Virus record (IMG/VR): IMGVR_UViG_3300011654_000001 | Coordinates: 1-47,540 of that record | From: a virus | DNA length: 47,540 nt | Direction: 5' to 3' (one strand) | Part shown: positions 32,083-41,308 of the stretch, in pieces | Layout: every line of letters starts with the position of its first letter | Numbering within the stretch: position 1 is the first letter of the stretch | Notes under the pieces: model-generated | What the model was told of the DNA's origin: nothing | Database searches by the model: none | What the model saw: only the letters and a program-made list of their open reading frames with translations | Program-made: the position numbers and the translations under genes

Positions 32083-32102
32083 GGCCCGCCGAGTGACGGG
32101 CC
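32083..32102 (-). terminator. Hairpin after the tail tube gene (attenuator-like)
   Basis: GGCCCG-8 nt-CGGGCC; only a weak T-tract follows on the minus strand. Confidence 0.4.
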
Positions 32103-32110
32103 TTGCTGCG

Positions 32111-32758
32111 TTAGGCGGCGTAGCGCATGGGCTCGGAAGTGAGCGACACGGTGCTCTGCAGGCCCATCAGCTCGTTCTTGGTGAGCGTCGGGGTCTTGTT
32201 GAGGGTCACGTAGCCGTTGTAGAAGATCGCGGAGCCGGACGGCAGCACGACCGACACCGCACGGGGAATGCGGTCATCGTTGGCGTCGGACAGGATGCTG
32301 TACCAGGGAAGCTCGGCATCGTCGCCGATGGTCATGGCGAAGCTGGACGCGCTCTTGACGGTCGGGATCTGGTGCTCGACATCTTCCTCGAGGAACGAGT
32401 AGGTGACGAACTGCTGCTCGCCGCCCGAAGTGGTGAACTCCAGAACCTGGGTGATCTGCTGCCAGGTGCTGACCTTGCGCACGGAGCCAGCACCGCCGCC
32501 GGCCGGATACAGGTTGGTCGAGGTGGTGTTGATACCCTCGAGCTGGAAAGTATCAGCAGTCACGCCGGCAACTCGGGCGACACGACTGTTCAGGCGCGAC
32601 CAGCCGGAGGTGACCTCGACGATATCGCCGTTGGCCAGGCCATGGCCTTCTGCGGTTGCAACAGCTGGGTTGGCGTTGGATACAGCGGTGACTGTGATCG
32701 GCGCGGCATACGCGGAAGCGATGGATACTACGGCGCCGTTGGGTAGCGATACGGACAA
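32111..32758 (-). CDS. Major tail tube protein
   Basis: 215 aa. It has a TTG start with AGGAG 6 nt upstream. Its position and size fit a tube protein. Confidence 0.7.
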   Translation of the reverse strand: MSVSLPNGAVVSIASAYAAPITVTAVSNANPAVATAEGHGLANGDIVEVTSGWSRLNSRVARVAGVTADTFQLEGINTTSTNLYPAGGGAGSVRKVSTWQQITQVLEFTTSGGEQQFVTYSFLEEDVEHQIPTVKSASSFAMTIGDDAELPWYSILSDANDDRIPRAVSVVLPSGSAIFYNGYVTLNKTPTLTKNELMGLQSTVSLTSEPMRYAA

Positions 32759-32807
32759 ATTAAACTCCTAGGCCGCATTTGCGGCGCGTTGTTGCGGCCT
32801 AGCGGCC

Positions 32808-32834
32808 AATAAAAAGCCCGGCGCTAGGCCGGGC
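32808..32834 (-). terminator. Intrinsic terminator after the HNH-AP2 gene
   Basis: On the minus strand: GCCCGGC-ctagc-GCCGGGC followed by TTTTTATT. Confidence 0.75.
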
Positions 32835-32855
32835 TGTTTGGTTAACTCTTGATGG

Positions 32856-33371
32856 CTATATGGTGCAGCCGTCGCTGTGCATCTGACGCTTAAATTTTAG
32901 GTAAGCCAGATGAGCAATGTACGGATCCGAAAAACATCCGATATGAATTCCCTTGCGGTTTACCTGAATGCGCGCGACCCAATTACGGTTTTCTTTATTC
33001 CAGTAAACACCAAGGTATCCAGAGGAGTTTCCTTTGCAGGCAGCGCGCATGTTCTGCCGGTTTATCTCGTTCGGCACGTCGCGCAGGTTTGCTATGCGGT
33101 TGTCGCCTGGATTGCCATTGATATGGTCAATGTCGTGCTTCGGCCATTCGCCATGCACGTACAGCCACGCAAGGCGGTGAGCAAGATAACGCTTAGAGAA
33201 AAGCCCTACCCGGTAATAGCCTGCTAAGCCGCCTCCTTTCACGACGAAGTCGGCGCGATCACCAACTTGGTGGCGCTGGGCCAGACGAACTTTGCGGGTA
33301 AAGACCCCGGTTTCAGGATCGTAATGGAGTGTTTCGCGCAGACGATCTGCGGTTAGAATACCTTCAGCCAT
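32856..33371 (-). CDS. HNH homing endonuclease with an AP2-like DNA-binding domain
   Basis: 171 aa. Contains HRLAWLYVHGEWPKHDIDHINGNPGDNRIANLR (HNH_3 type) and GYLGVYWNKENRNWVARIQVNRKGIHIGCF (AP2-like). Confidence 0.8.
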   Translation of the reverse strand: MAEGILTADRLRETLHYDPETGVFTRKVRLAQRHQVGDRADFVVKGGGLAGYYRVGLFSKRYLAHRLAWLYVHGEWPKHDIDHINGNPGDNRIANLRDVPNEINRQNMRAACKGNSSGYLGVYWNKENRNWVARIQVNRKGIHIGCFSDPYIAHLAYLKFKRQMHSDGCTI

Positions 33372-33402
33372 GTTGACCTCCGAACAGGTTGGCTTGGTTA
33401 GA

Positions 33403-33431
33403 AGCCCGGCCGGATTGCACTCCGCCGGGCT
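33403..33431 (-). terminator. 8-bp hairpin upstream of the HNH gene
   Basis: AGCCCGGC-13 nt-GCCGGGCT with a weak T-tract. Confidence 0.35.
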
Positions 33432-33454
33432 TCGTCCATTCTACCACTTCCCAA

Positions 33455-33868
33455 TCAAATCGTGTCGGCCCGGTAGGTGAAGCTCACCGGAACCATGAAA
33501 TGCGTGTCGCCGTTGATCGGCGGACCTTCGCTACAGGGGCTCGTGATCTGCATGGCGAAGCTGCCAGACGTGAGGCGATCGTTCAGCGGGAACAGCTCCG
33601 CGATGTCAGCGGCTAGCGTTTCCGCTTCTGTCGGCCCCTTGCCTTTCGGCACAAACACGCTGATCTGACACACACCACTGTATTCGCGGTGCGCTCCGGC
33701 GAGGTCTGCGCTATCGGTCGGCGCCTTGAGCAGGTTGAAGCGAAGGTACTGGCCGGCGGGAGGCGCGAATTGAACGTTTTCCCACGCAACCGGGATCGTG
33801 CGCGCAGTCGCGAAGGCGTTCAGCCTGCCCTGAAGCAGCGAACGAATCAGCTTATGAGACATGGTCAC
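33455..33868 (-). CDS. Tail terminator/completion protein (DUF4128-like)
   Basis: 137 aa, positioned before the tube gene. ATGA coupling. Confidence 0.55.
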   Translation of the reverse strand: MTMSHKLIRSLLQGRLNAFATARTIPVAWENVQFAPPAGQYLRFNLLKAPTDSADLAGAHREYSGVCQISVFVPKGKGPTEAETLAADIAELFPLNDRLTSGSFAMQITSPCSEGPPINGDTHFMVPVSFTYRADTI

Positions 33869-34260
33869 ACCTTGTTCTTGGCGACGGCCACGGCAACCAT
33901 CTTCTGCACCCTGGCGAAGTTGATCCGGACCATCCCGGCGGGGGCTTGCTTGCTGCTCCCGAATTCGAGCGAGTAAATGTAGGGAAGGTTATTTGTCAAA
34001 AACACCTCTTGACCTGCGCCCTCTGGCGTTTTCGCTTGCACCTCTGTCAGCGCCTGTGCGCCGCTCTTGTCGTCACGATCAATCTCGTTTGGCGTTGGCT
34101 GGCCTACCGATGTCTGCCAGTTACCGCGGGCCCGGCCGGTATCGACCGGCGTCGAGCGAATCACGCTGGAGAACAACTCAAGGGCTGCGGTACGCGCGAT
34201 CTTGTCGTGTGCCTCCGCGGTCTTGACCGCAAACTGCCGAACATCATCAGAGAACGACAT
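33865..34260 (-). CDS. HK97 gp10-like head-tail joining protein
   Basis: 131 aa with STPVDTGRARGNWQ, which matches the gp10-family motif. Confidence 0.65.
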   Translation of the reverse strand: MSFSDDVRQFAVKTAEAHDKIARTAALELFSSVIRSTPVDTGRARGNWQTSVGQPTPNEIDRDDKSGAQALTEVQAKTPEGAGQEVFLTNNLPYIYSLEFGSSKQAPAGMVRINFARVQKMVAVAVAKNKV

Positions 34261-34646
34261 CAGCGCCTCCCCTGGACCTCGTAGGCCAGCACGTCACCAG
34301 TCGGATCCAGCGTCAATATGCTGACGATCTGCCACACCTGGCCGGCTGCGGTAATCGTCGTCTCCAGCGTTGGCGGCCATTCGAGGCCAGCGGCGCCGAA
34401 GAAGATCTTCTTGTCGTCGCGCTTGATCATCGAGCCATCCGCGTACTGCGTGCCTGATGATTGCAGGCTGTAGTTGTCGAGAATGGCCTTGGTCGTCTGC
34501 GTGAGCGTCTGGCCCGGCGTCGTTTCGCCCGTCACCGGGTCATAGCCGCCGACCTGCTCGAGCGTCAGCGTGATCGTTTCGCCGATCTCTTCGACGACAG
34601 CCAGCGCCTCGGCAGCGCCTTGTAGAATCTCGTCGCGCAGTGACAT
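34260..34646 (-). CDS. Head-tail joining/head closure protein (hypothetical)
   Basis: 128 aa. Called on position and coupling only. Confidence 0.5.
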   Translation of the reverse strand: MSLRDEILQGAAEALAVVEEIGETITLTLEQVGGYDPVTGETTPGQTLTQTTKAILDNYSLQSSGTQYADGSMIKRDDKKIFFGAAGLEWPPTLETTITAAGQVWQIVSILTLDPTGDVLAYEVQGRR

Positions 34647-34647
34647 A

Positions 34648-35016
34648 TCAGCCCCTTACAAGCCTGACCTGGCCCTTGTTCGACCAGGGCTTAATGAGCG
34701 CCAGTGCGAACGACTCGGCGGCGGACAGCGCCTTGCTGCCCTCCTTGAAGGTCTTGCTCGACTGAACCGGGCCGGCAGTCACACTCGTGCTGACAACCTC
34801 ACGCTCCTGAGCGCCGTAGAGCCCGCCAAACGCCGCCAGCTGAGCGATTTCCGCCCCGGCCTGTACGACGGCATCCGGAACCTCGGAAAACGTCGCAGTC
34901 AGCCGCTCAGCGAGCCAGGTGTTAGCCATCAGCACCGCGCGGGCCTTCTTGTCTTCGGCGGTCCAGTCGGACCCCAGCAGGCCGTCGACCTGCGCGATGG
35001 TGATGTACTCGGTCAT
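34648..35016 (-). CDS. Head-tail connector protein (putative)
   Basis: 122 aa starting MTEYITIAQVDGLLG. Called on position after the capsid gene. Confidence 0.5.
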   Translation of the reverse strand: MTEYITIAQVDGLLGSDWTAEDKKARAVLMANTWLAERLTATFSEVPDAVVQAGAEIAQLAAFGGLYGAQEREVVSTSVTAGPVQSSKTFKEGSKALSAAESFALALIKPWSNKGQVRLVRG

Positions 35017-35205
35017 TTACTCGGCCTCGATCGGCTCTGGCTTGGTCTTGCGGGCGCGCGGCTTGGGCGCCTCGTCTTGCGGCTCGACTACATCGCCAGG
35101 CGGCGCGAATCGAGCGTCGATGATCTTGAAGCCCTGAGCGCGTAGCTCGGCCTTCCGTTCCGGCGTGACCGGATGGGGTTCGTACTTGATCTTCTGCTCG
35201 GACAT
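35017..35205 (-). CDS. Small hypothetical protein
   Basis: 62 aa with a GGAGGA RBS. Confidence 0.55.
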   Translation of the reverse strand: MSEQKIKYEPHPVTPERKAELRAQGFKIIDARFAPPGDVVEPQDEAPKPRARKTKPEPIEAE

Positions 35206-35223
35206 TTCATCCTCCAGAGAAAC

Positions 35224-35245
35224 GGGGCGAGCCGGAGCCCGCCCC
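35224..35245 (-). terminator. Hairpin after the major capsid gene (attenuator-like)
   Basis: GGGGCG-10 nt-CGCCCC followed by GTTTCTCT on the minus strand. Confidence 0.4.
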
Positions 35246-35251
35246 TATCGG

Positions 35252-36235
35252 TTACTTGGTCGCGTCACCGATGGTGATCACGCCAGCGCTCGACTTCACG
35301 CTGTTGACGAACAGGTCCCAGTTGGAACCGGTTGCCAGCTCGGCGTTGGTCGGGGACTTGCCGCCGTTGGCGATGTCCCATGCGTAGCCCTTGAGGCCCA
35401 GACCGAAGCTGTAGTCGGCCTGGAACGTGGTTTCGATGCGCTCCTTGCCGTTGCTGGTTTGGACGCTGGTAACCACGTCGCTGCCGTCGTGGACGATGGC
35501 CGCGGAGTCGGCCAGGGACAGCACCTTCTGCTTGGCAGGCGCGGCCGGATCAGCCACAGCGGCCGAGTACAGCGCCGGGGCATCGGTAACGATCACCGGG
35601 CGACCCAGGATGTCAACGATGTTGACCGACTGGCTGTTGAACAGCTGCTGCGCGTTGGCCAGGTTCTGGCCGACCAGCTTATGGAACACCTCGCCGGTCA
35701 TCACCTGGGCCACGAGCAGGCCGGAGGCGTCGCCGAACTTGGCGTGAGCGCCGTTGATCGCGCCGTAGGTCACGCCTGCAGTGGCGGACACGTCGTTGGT
35801 GGCGCCGGCCACGTTGCTGATCGCGGCAACCAGGGCGGCGATAGCGGTGTTCAGCTGGTCGGCCATGATGGCTTCGGACAGGTTGCGGGAGATGACCTCC
35901 AGCGCCTCGGCCGGGTTCTTCTGGATCCACGACAGCTGGGACGGCTCCCAGAGGATCGGGCCGAAGCCGCCGGCGACCTTGACGCTGTTGGCCTGAACCT
36001 GCGCGAGCGCGGTGGCGGACTGGGCGTTGTTGGTGGCGTAGCGGTCGACGCGACGCTGAGCGGAGTGCAGACCAGCCCACAGGGATTCCTGCAGGAAGTC
36101 GCCATCGATGCCCTGCGGGGTCAGGCGGATCGCGCCATTCGACGCGGCGTTGAACTTCTCGACCATCTGGGCGATGGTTTCGACGGTGGTGTTCTTCAGG
36201 TACTCGTTGAACACCTTCATGTCGGACAGTGCCAT
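35252..36235 (-). CDS. Major capsid protein
   Basis: 327 aa, following the scaffold gene. AGAGGAAA RBS. Confidence 0.8.
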   Translation of the reverse strand: MALSDMKVFNEYLKNTTVETIAQMVEKFNAASNGAIRLTPQGIDGDFLQESLWAGLHSAQRRVDRYATNNAQSATALAQVQANSVKVAGGFGPILWEPSQLSWIQKNPAEALEVISRNLSEAIMADQLNTAIAALVAAISNVAGATNDVSATAGVTYGAINGAHAKFGDASGLLVAQVMTGEVFHKLVGQNLANAQQLFNSQSVNIVDILGRPVIVTDAPALYSAAVADPAAPAKQKVLSLADSAAIVHDGSDVVTSVQTSNGKERIETTFQADYSFGLGLKGYAWDIANGGKSPTNAELATGSNWDLFVNSVKSSAGVITIGDATK

Positions 36236-36248
36236 TGGCTATTTCCTC

Positions 36249-36995
36249 TTACGCGTTCTGGATTTGGGCGTTGATCGCGGCCAGGCGCTCTTCTTTGCTG
36301 CCGCCGAGATTGCCCTTAGGCTTGGGGGGCTGACCGTTTCCATTTGGAGCGCCGCCGCCATTGGCGCCGGAGCCCTTCAGGATGTGGTCTTTGTAGGGGT
36401 ACTGCTCGACGAGGGTTTCCAGCGCTTCATCGAAGTCGGCCAGCTCGCCCGGGCGCGCACGGCTAAAGATCTTGTTGCCGTGGGCGTCATAGGCGACGAC
36501 CTTGCCGTCTTCGATCTTGAAGCGATTCCCGAAGGTGGCTTGCACCATGTCAGCCGGGACAGCCAGCTTCTCGGCGATCACCTTGGAGCGAGCAAAGCTG
36601 CCGCCGATCTTCTCGCCGTACAGTTGCTGCTCGAGGGTCTGCGCCTTGGTGTTGGCTTCGTCCAGCTGGGCCTGATAGCCCTTGGCGATTTCCTGCTTCA
36701 CCTTCTCGACCTCGCCGGCATCCACCAGCTTCTTCGCGTCGAGATTTGCGACGATCTCCAGAGCCTTGCGGGCTGCCCCGGCGTCATCGATACCTTCGAA
36801 GGCCTTGGCGGTCTTCTCGGCGGTCTCAGCGCGCTCGCGGTGCTGCTTGGCTTCAGCGTTCAGTCGGGTGATGGTCGCCCGGGTGCCAACCGCATCGAAG
36901 GCAACCTCTTTGCCGTCGTCCTCAACGTAAACGGGCTTGCCGTCTTGGATTTCGGCGTACTGCTTGCCATCGACTTCTACGGTCTTCAGTTTCAT
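36249..36995 (-). CDS. Capsid scaffolding protein
   Basis: 248 aa counted from ATG 36995 (GGAGAAAG RBS). Charged, coiled-coil sequence. The longer track ORF starts inside a hairpin. Confidence 0.7.
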   Translation of the reverse strand: MKLKTVEVDGKQYAEIQDGKPVYVEDDGKEVAFDAVGTRATITRLNAEAKQHRERAETAEKTAKAFEGIDDAGAARKALEIVANLDAKKLVDAGEVEKVKQEIAKGYQAQLDEANTKAQTLEQQLYGEKIGGSFARSKVIAEKLAVPADMVQATFGNRFKIEDGKVVAYDAHGNKIFSRARPGELADFDEALETLVEQYPYKDHILKGSGANGGGAPNGNGQPPKPKGNLGGSKEERLAAINAQIQNA

Positions 36996-37077
36996 CTCGT
37001 CTTTCTCCGGCCATCCGGCCATTGCGTTGAGCCATCCGGCCCGGTGGCGCCCCGTCCCATCCGAAACTGCGGGCAAT

Positions 37078-37134
37078 AAAAAGCCCCGCACGATGGCGAG
37101 GCTCTAGAAATGGAAAACCCGGCGCTTGGCCGGG
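37078..37134 (-). terminator. Two tandem hairpins with T-runs upstream of the scaffold gene
   Basis: On the minus strand: CCCGGC-caagc-GCCGGG followed by TTTT, then GCCTCGC-catcgt-GCGGGGC (one mismatch) followed by TTTTT. Confidence 0.5.
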
Positions 37135-37322
37135 CTTGGATATGGTGGAGTGGCCGGCGCTGATCTCCGGCTTTGGGCGCGGCGGTCTCTGGCTTGTCCA
37201 GTACCCATAGACGATCCTCCCGCCTATGAGCCGTAGCCTGCCCCCAGCTACGATTTATGCCGCCATTGTGGCGCATCAGCCTGCGCATTCACCCCATAAA
37301 CTGTTGATCTTTCGCTCTATGG

Positions 37323-37574
37323 TCAGCAGAGCACGACGCGCTCACCCCGCATGAAGCACGACGCGCATAGGTGCTGCTTCGTGCCGCCGCTGGCCTTGCC
37401 GTTTTTGTAGATGACGCCGACCTTAGTCTCGAACACCTCTCCACCGCCGCACCGATGGCAGCGCAGCAGGTGGGCCGCCTGGGGACGCTTCTGCATCACC
37501 TTGCGAGCCTTCTGGCGTGGTTCGTCGTCTTTGGCAGCGCCTTCGATGACGTGGAGGGTTGGCTTTCCGGTCAT
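37323..37574 (-). CDS. Small zinc-ribbon-like protein
   Basis: 83 aa with CHRCGG...CASC. Confidence 0.55.
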   Translation of the reverse strand: MTGKPTLHVIEGAAKDDEPRQKARKVMQKRPQAAHLLRCHRCGGGEVFETKVGVIYKNGKASGGTKQHLCASCFMRGERVVLC

Positions 37575-37581
37575 TGGGCCA

Positions 37582-38667
37582 TCATAGCCCAGCCTTCTCG
37601 AAAGCGGCAGCGTCTCGTTTGCGCAGTTCGTCCAGGGTGTATACCTTGCCCTTCGAGTCGGTGAAGCGATCCACGGTCAGCCCACCGCTACGAAACAGCT
37701 TGCCGCGCTCCGGGCCTAGCACCTCGTCTTGGAAGGCCGCCGGCTTGCCCTTGAGCCACTGCCCATAGGTGAGGTCGGCAGCGACCTGCCCGTCCATGCT
37801 CGCTTGGGTGCCGGGGTCGATGTCGCTCTTGCTCAGCCCCAACGATTCCCATGCCGATTCGAGCACAGGGACGGACGTACTGCGGCAGTTCCAGTGACGC
37901 GGCGGCTGCGGCCCCTGCCCGATGGCGAACGTCTTGCCAGATAGCGAGGCGCACGTGATCGTGGTGCGGCCATCAAGGGTGGCGAGGAACTGCCACTGCT
38001 TGACCAGATGGTCATTGGCCTCGAACAGCGCTTGCCTGGCGTAGTTGGCTGTGTGATTGACTGCAGTACGCACAAGCGCCTCAGCGCCGCGCCGGTCGAT
38101 CTCCAGCAGGCCGTCAGCGTACTTGTTCGTGCGAGTACCACGCAGCCGGCGAACCATCTGACTGATCGTCTCGCCCTCCACGAACCCCATGCGGATGGCA
38201 TCGCGGATTCGAGCGGCGCGTGCAGCCTCGATGCCGGTCAGCGCTTCGGACAACAGCTTGCCCTGGAAAGGCCTGGCCATCGCCGCGGCATAGACCTGAT
38301 TGGCCGAAATGGTGTTCAGCGCCAATTGCTCTGCTACCTGCGCAGGCAACACGCTCTGCAGCGCCCTGTGCTGGTAGCTGGCCTCATAGCCGGCGAGCTG
38401 CAGCAGCTCCTCGTCCAGCTCCACTCCGATCTGGCGATAGGCCTGGGCGTTGAGCCGCTGCACGTTGGATAGCAGAGAGTCCAGCCGCTGCACCGTGAAC
38501 GACTCCGGCGTCATCGACTCCAGCGCCACGAGCAGCTGCGCGAACAGATCCTCGTCGACCCTGTTCAGGAGGCCAATCATGCGCCGCACGACGCCGTTGC
38601 TATAGCGCGTCAGGTCGATCGCATGGGCAATGGCGAGATCCGCTAGCCGCTCGTTTGCCGTCGCCAT
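37582..38667 (-). CDS. Minor head protein (Mu F / SPP1 gp7 family)
   Basis: 361 aa with ...DGRTTITCASLSGKTF...PPRHWNCRS, which is the MuF-type motif. It follows the portal gene. Confidence 0.75.
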   Translation of the reverse strand: MATANERLADLAIAHAIDLTRYSNGVVRRMIGLLNRVDEDLFAQLLVALESMTPESFTVQRLDSLLSNVQRLNAQAYRQIGVELDEELLQLAGYEASYQHRALQSVLPAQVAEQLALNTISANQVYAAAMARPFQGKLLSEALTGIEAARAARIRDAIRMGFVEGETISQMVRRLRGTRTNKYADGLLEIDRRGAEALVRTAVNHTANYARQALFEANDHLVKQWQFLATLDGRTTITCASLSGKTFAIGQGPQPPRHWNCRSTSVPVLESAWESLGLSKSDIDPGTQASMDGQVAADLTYGQWLKGKPAAFQDEVLGPERGKLFRSGGLTVDRFTDSKGKVYTLDELRKRDAAAFEKAGL

Positions 38668-40019
38668 CAGATCACCCCAAGGGCCGGGCCTTGATTCTGG
38701 ATTCGCTCGAGCTCGTCAGGCCAGTCGTACTCATCGCTGATGATCCCGCGTCGCTGCATCTCGGCGAACAGGGTTTCATCGCTGAGCTTGCCGGAGTTGG
38801 CCATTTGCAGCAGCTGGGGCACCGATACTTCCGGCGCCCAATCCTGATCGAAGTTGCCGCGCATCTCGACCATGCCGCCATCTGGCAACGCCAGGTAGTC
38901 GGCCATCACCTGCAGCATCTGCGCGAGGGCATCGGCGAACTGGTTGGCCATGCGAGCCAGCGGGGACAGTTCTTGCGCTGCCTCCTCGTTCGCCTGGGTC
39001 GCCGTCTTGGTCTGCTGCTTTTCTTTCTGCAGCAGCTTGGCGCCGGCCATCCGCATTTCTTCGATCAGGTCTTGCAGCGACTCCCGGCCAGCGTTGATAG
39101 CTGCCCCGGTGTGCTCGACGTACTTGGCATCGCCGTCTTTAGGCATCCGAGTCGCGCTGCCTGAGCTGATCACCAGCTCGAACTGTTCGTCGTCGGTGAA
39201 GGTGAACAGCAGCGGCACCCGGGCGACGTGCAGGAGGTTGTCCTGATCGCTCTGGGACTGCCAGTGCTTGACGTTGAGGTGCGCCAGTTCGAGCAGCGGC
39301 GGCTTTGCCGTCAGGAAGCCCGTGCGGCCGGTGTAGAACGATACGAGCGGCACGTAGCCGAGGCTGGTAGTGCCCTCGTCGTGCTGGGCCCATGCGCCGC
39401 CATTGTCGGCCTTGCGGTAGGTGCGCCACACGCCAGGCTCCAGGACTCTCACCTGGGCGACCGACTTAACGCCAAACTCGCCGTCAGCCTCCTCGATCGA
39501 CTCCATGTAACGGAACTGGCCGATCTTGCCGCCGTCGACACGCCAGCCCAGCACCTGCTCGGGGCGAATCAGCACGGCATATGGGCGAACCCCTGCAGCG
39601 ATCTCGTCCGCGCGAGTGCGGAGACCTTCGGCGCGCGGGTATTCAACCAGCACGTGACAGAGGCCGTGGCTCAGCGCGTGGCGGAACAGGTCAACCGACC
39701 AGCTGTTCAGGTCATTACCGGCAAGATCGATGTCCTTGCACAGCTCAACCAGGCGCTCGGGCACGTCGTCGCCCAACTGCAGCGGCTCGGCGAACACCCG
39801 AGAGGTCATGTTGTTGACCGTCTCGGCGTAGGCCGGCAGCAGCGTGGAGAGGCGCAGGCGCTCCTTGTAGGTCTCGTCCTCTTCGGCCGGGTACTGAGGC
39901 AGCAGAGCACGCCCGGCGGCCCGCATAGCCTTCGTGCCACCCATCAGCGGCGCAACGATGGCCCAATCCTCGCGCATGGCATCGACGGCCGGGATCGTTT
40001 GGCTTGGGTCGTTGCTCAT
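38667..40019 (-). CDS. Portal protein
   Basis: 450 aa counted from ATG 40019, located between terL and the MuF-like gene. The track N-terminal extension is Arg-rich and overlaps terL. Confidence 0.75.
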   Translation of the reverse strand: MSNDPSQTIPAVDAMREDWAIVAPLMGGTKAMRAAGRALLPQYPAEEDETYKERLRLSTLLPAYAETVNNMTSRVFAEPLQLGDDVPERLVELCKDIDLAGNDLNSWSVDLFRHALSHGLCHVLVEYPRAEGLRTRADEIAAGVRPYAVLIRPEQVLGWRVDGGKIGQFRYMESIEEADGEFGVKSVAQVRVLEPGVWRTYRKADNGGAWAQHDEGTTSLGYVPLVSFYTGRTGFLTAKPPLLELAHLNVKHWQSQSDQDNLLHVARVPLLFTFTDDEQFELVISSGSATRMPKDGDAKYVEHTGAAINAGRESLQDLIEEMRMAGAKLLQKEKQQTKTATQANEEAAQELSPLARMANQFADALAQMLQVMADYLALPDGGMVEMRGNFDQDWAPEVSVPQLLQMANSGKLSDETLFAEMQRRGIISDEYDWPDELERIQNQGPALGVI

Positions 40020-40024
40020 TGGCG

Positions 40025-41308
40025 TTACATCCGTAGTGATTTTGTCTGCGGCTTGGCCGGCTTGATGATCGGGAATCGGTGAACGACGAAGTAGCCGAAG
40101 GCATCGGCCGGGTCTTCCGTGCCGTCCTTGCTGGGTTCTCCGTGTTCGTTGTACGCCTGCTGCTCGAGCACCTGAGTGGTTACCGGGCACTTATCGGTGT
40201 TTACCTTGAGCCGGCGCACGCCCTCGCCATTCAGGAACATGGCGTTGACGGCCAGCACCCGGTCACGAACCATCGGGTTTGCCGGGTTGACGCGTACCGT
40301 GAAGCCGGCCTGCCTGAGCAAGCTGTGATCGGACTCGCTACCGTTTACGCTCTTGCGGTTCTTGCCGCTGGCATCGGGGTAAACCGTGATCTTGTGGCCT
40401 GGGAATCGCTCAAGCAGCGCTGCGATCATCGCTGGCGTGTCGAACAGGCTTGTCAGCTCGTCCAGCTGCATCGGCTCGCCGTCACGAATGACGAACACGC
40501 AGGCCGCCATCCGATTGATGTTGAAGTCCATACCTACATGCAGCTCTTCACCCGGGAGAATCGTCTCGTCGGTGTGATTCAGCCGCCGGCAGAAGTTCGG
40601 GTAGACCGATCCGCTCACCAGGTTGACGAACTGGCCGTCAATGTAGGCGTCGACCAGATTGGCCGGGTACGACTCACGCAGCGAAGGGATGTAGTCCTTC
40701 GGCAGGTTCTTGGCGTTCTGCCGCGTGCTGGCGTGGACGATGCCATACAGCGGACGCTGGCTTGGGTTCGCGGCCAGCTCCTTGACGAACTTGCGATATA
40801 CCCAGTTGAACCCCTCCGGCGTGGTCGTCACGTCGATGGTGTTCTCTCCGCGCGTCGGCCATACGGTCGACATACGAGCGATGATCTTTTTCCAGGCGCT
40901 GTCGGCCTTCTTGATCGGCATACAGTCGATCTCATCCACCAGCGCGTGCGCGATGTTGAAACCAACGATGCGGCCAGGGTGCTCCATGCTCTTGCAGACG
41001 ATCGTCGACAGGCAGCGGCCTTTCGAGTCGCGCAGATGCACCCGCTTGTTGCTCGGCACGATGTCGGCGAACAGGCCGAATGCCTCAGCAACGCCAGGGA
41101 TCGTGTCGTAGAAGATGTCCGCAATCTGCGGATAGGTCGGCGCGAAGTAGCCCTGCGGTATGCCAGGGTGCTCCAGTGCGTTGATACACAGCCGCACGCA
41201 GCCTACGAACGTCTTGCCGCTTCGATACCCGCCGACGAAAGCAGAGAACTTCTTCGGATGGCTGATGAACTCGAACTGCGGCTTATTCAGCTTCAGGGTC
41301 GCTTGCAT
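40025..41308 (-). CDS. terL: Terminase large subunit
   Basis: 427 aa with Walker A FVGGYRSGKT and nuclease-type acidic motifs further downstream. Confidence 0.85.
   Translation of the reverse strand: MQATLKLNKPQFEFISHPKKFSAFVGGYRSGKTFVGCVRLCINALEHPGIPQGYFAPTYPQIADIFYDTIPGVAEAFGLFADIVPSNKRVHLRDSKGRCLSTIVCKSMEHPGRIVGFNIAHALVDEIDCMPIKKADSAWKKIIARMSTVWPTRGENTIDVTTTPEGFNWVYRKFVKELAANPSQRPLYGIVHASTRQNAKNLPKDYIPSLRESYPANLVDAYIDGQFVNLVSGSVYPNFCRRLNHTDETILPGEELHVGMDFNINRMAACVFVIRDGEPMQLDELTSLFDTPAMIAALLERFPGHKITVYPDASGKNRKSVNGSESDHSLLRQAGFTVRVNPANPMVRDRVLAVNAMFLNGEGVRRLKVNTDKCPVTTQVLEQQAYNEHGEPSKDGTEDPADAFGYFVVHRFPIIKPAKPQTKSLRM

Noticed and set aside
40020-40190. N-terminal 57-aa extension of the portal ORF, and similar long alternative-start extensions of many track ORFs (for example 1344-1466, 6211-6288, 17010-17081, 26845-26871, 30970-30999, 36996-37091, 46152-46322, 46893-46976).
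   Set aside because: The extensions are Arg/Gly-rich. They overlap upstream genes or terminator hairpins, and they ignore internal ATGs that have SD sequences or ATGA/TGATG coupling.
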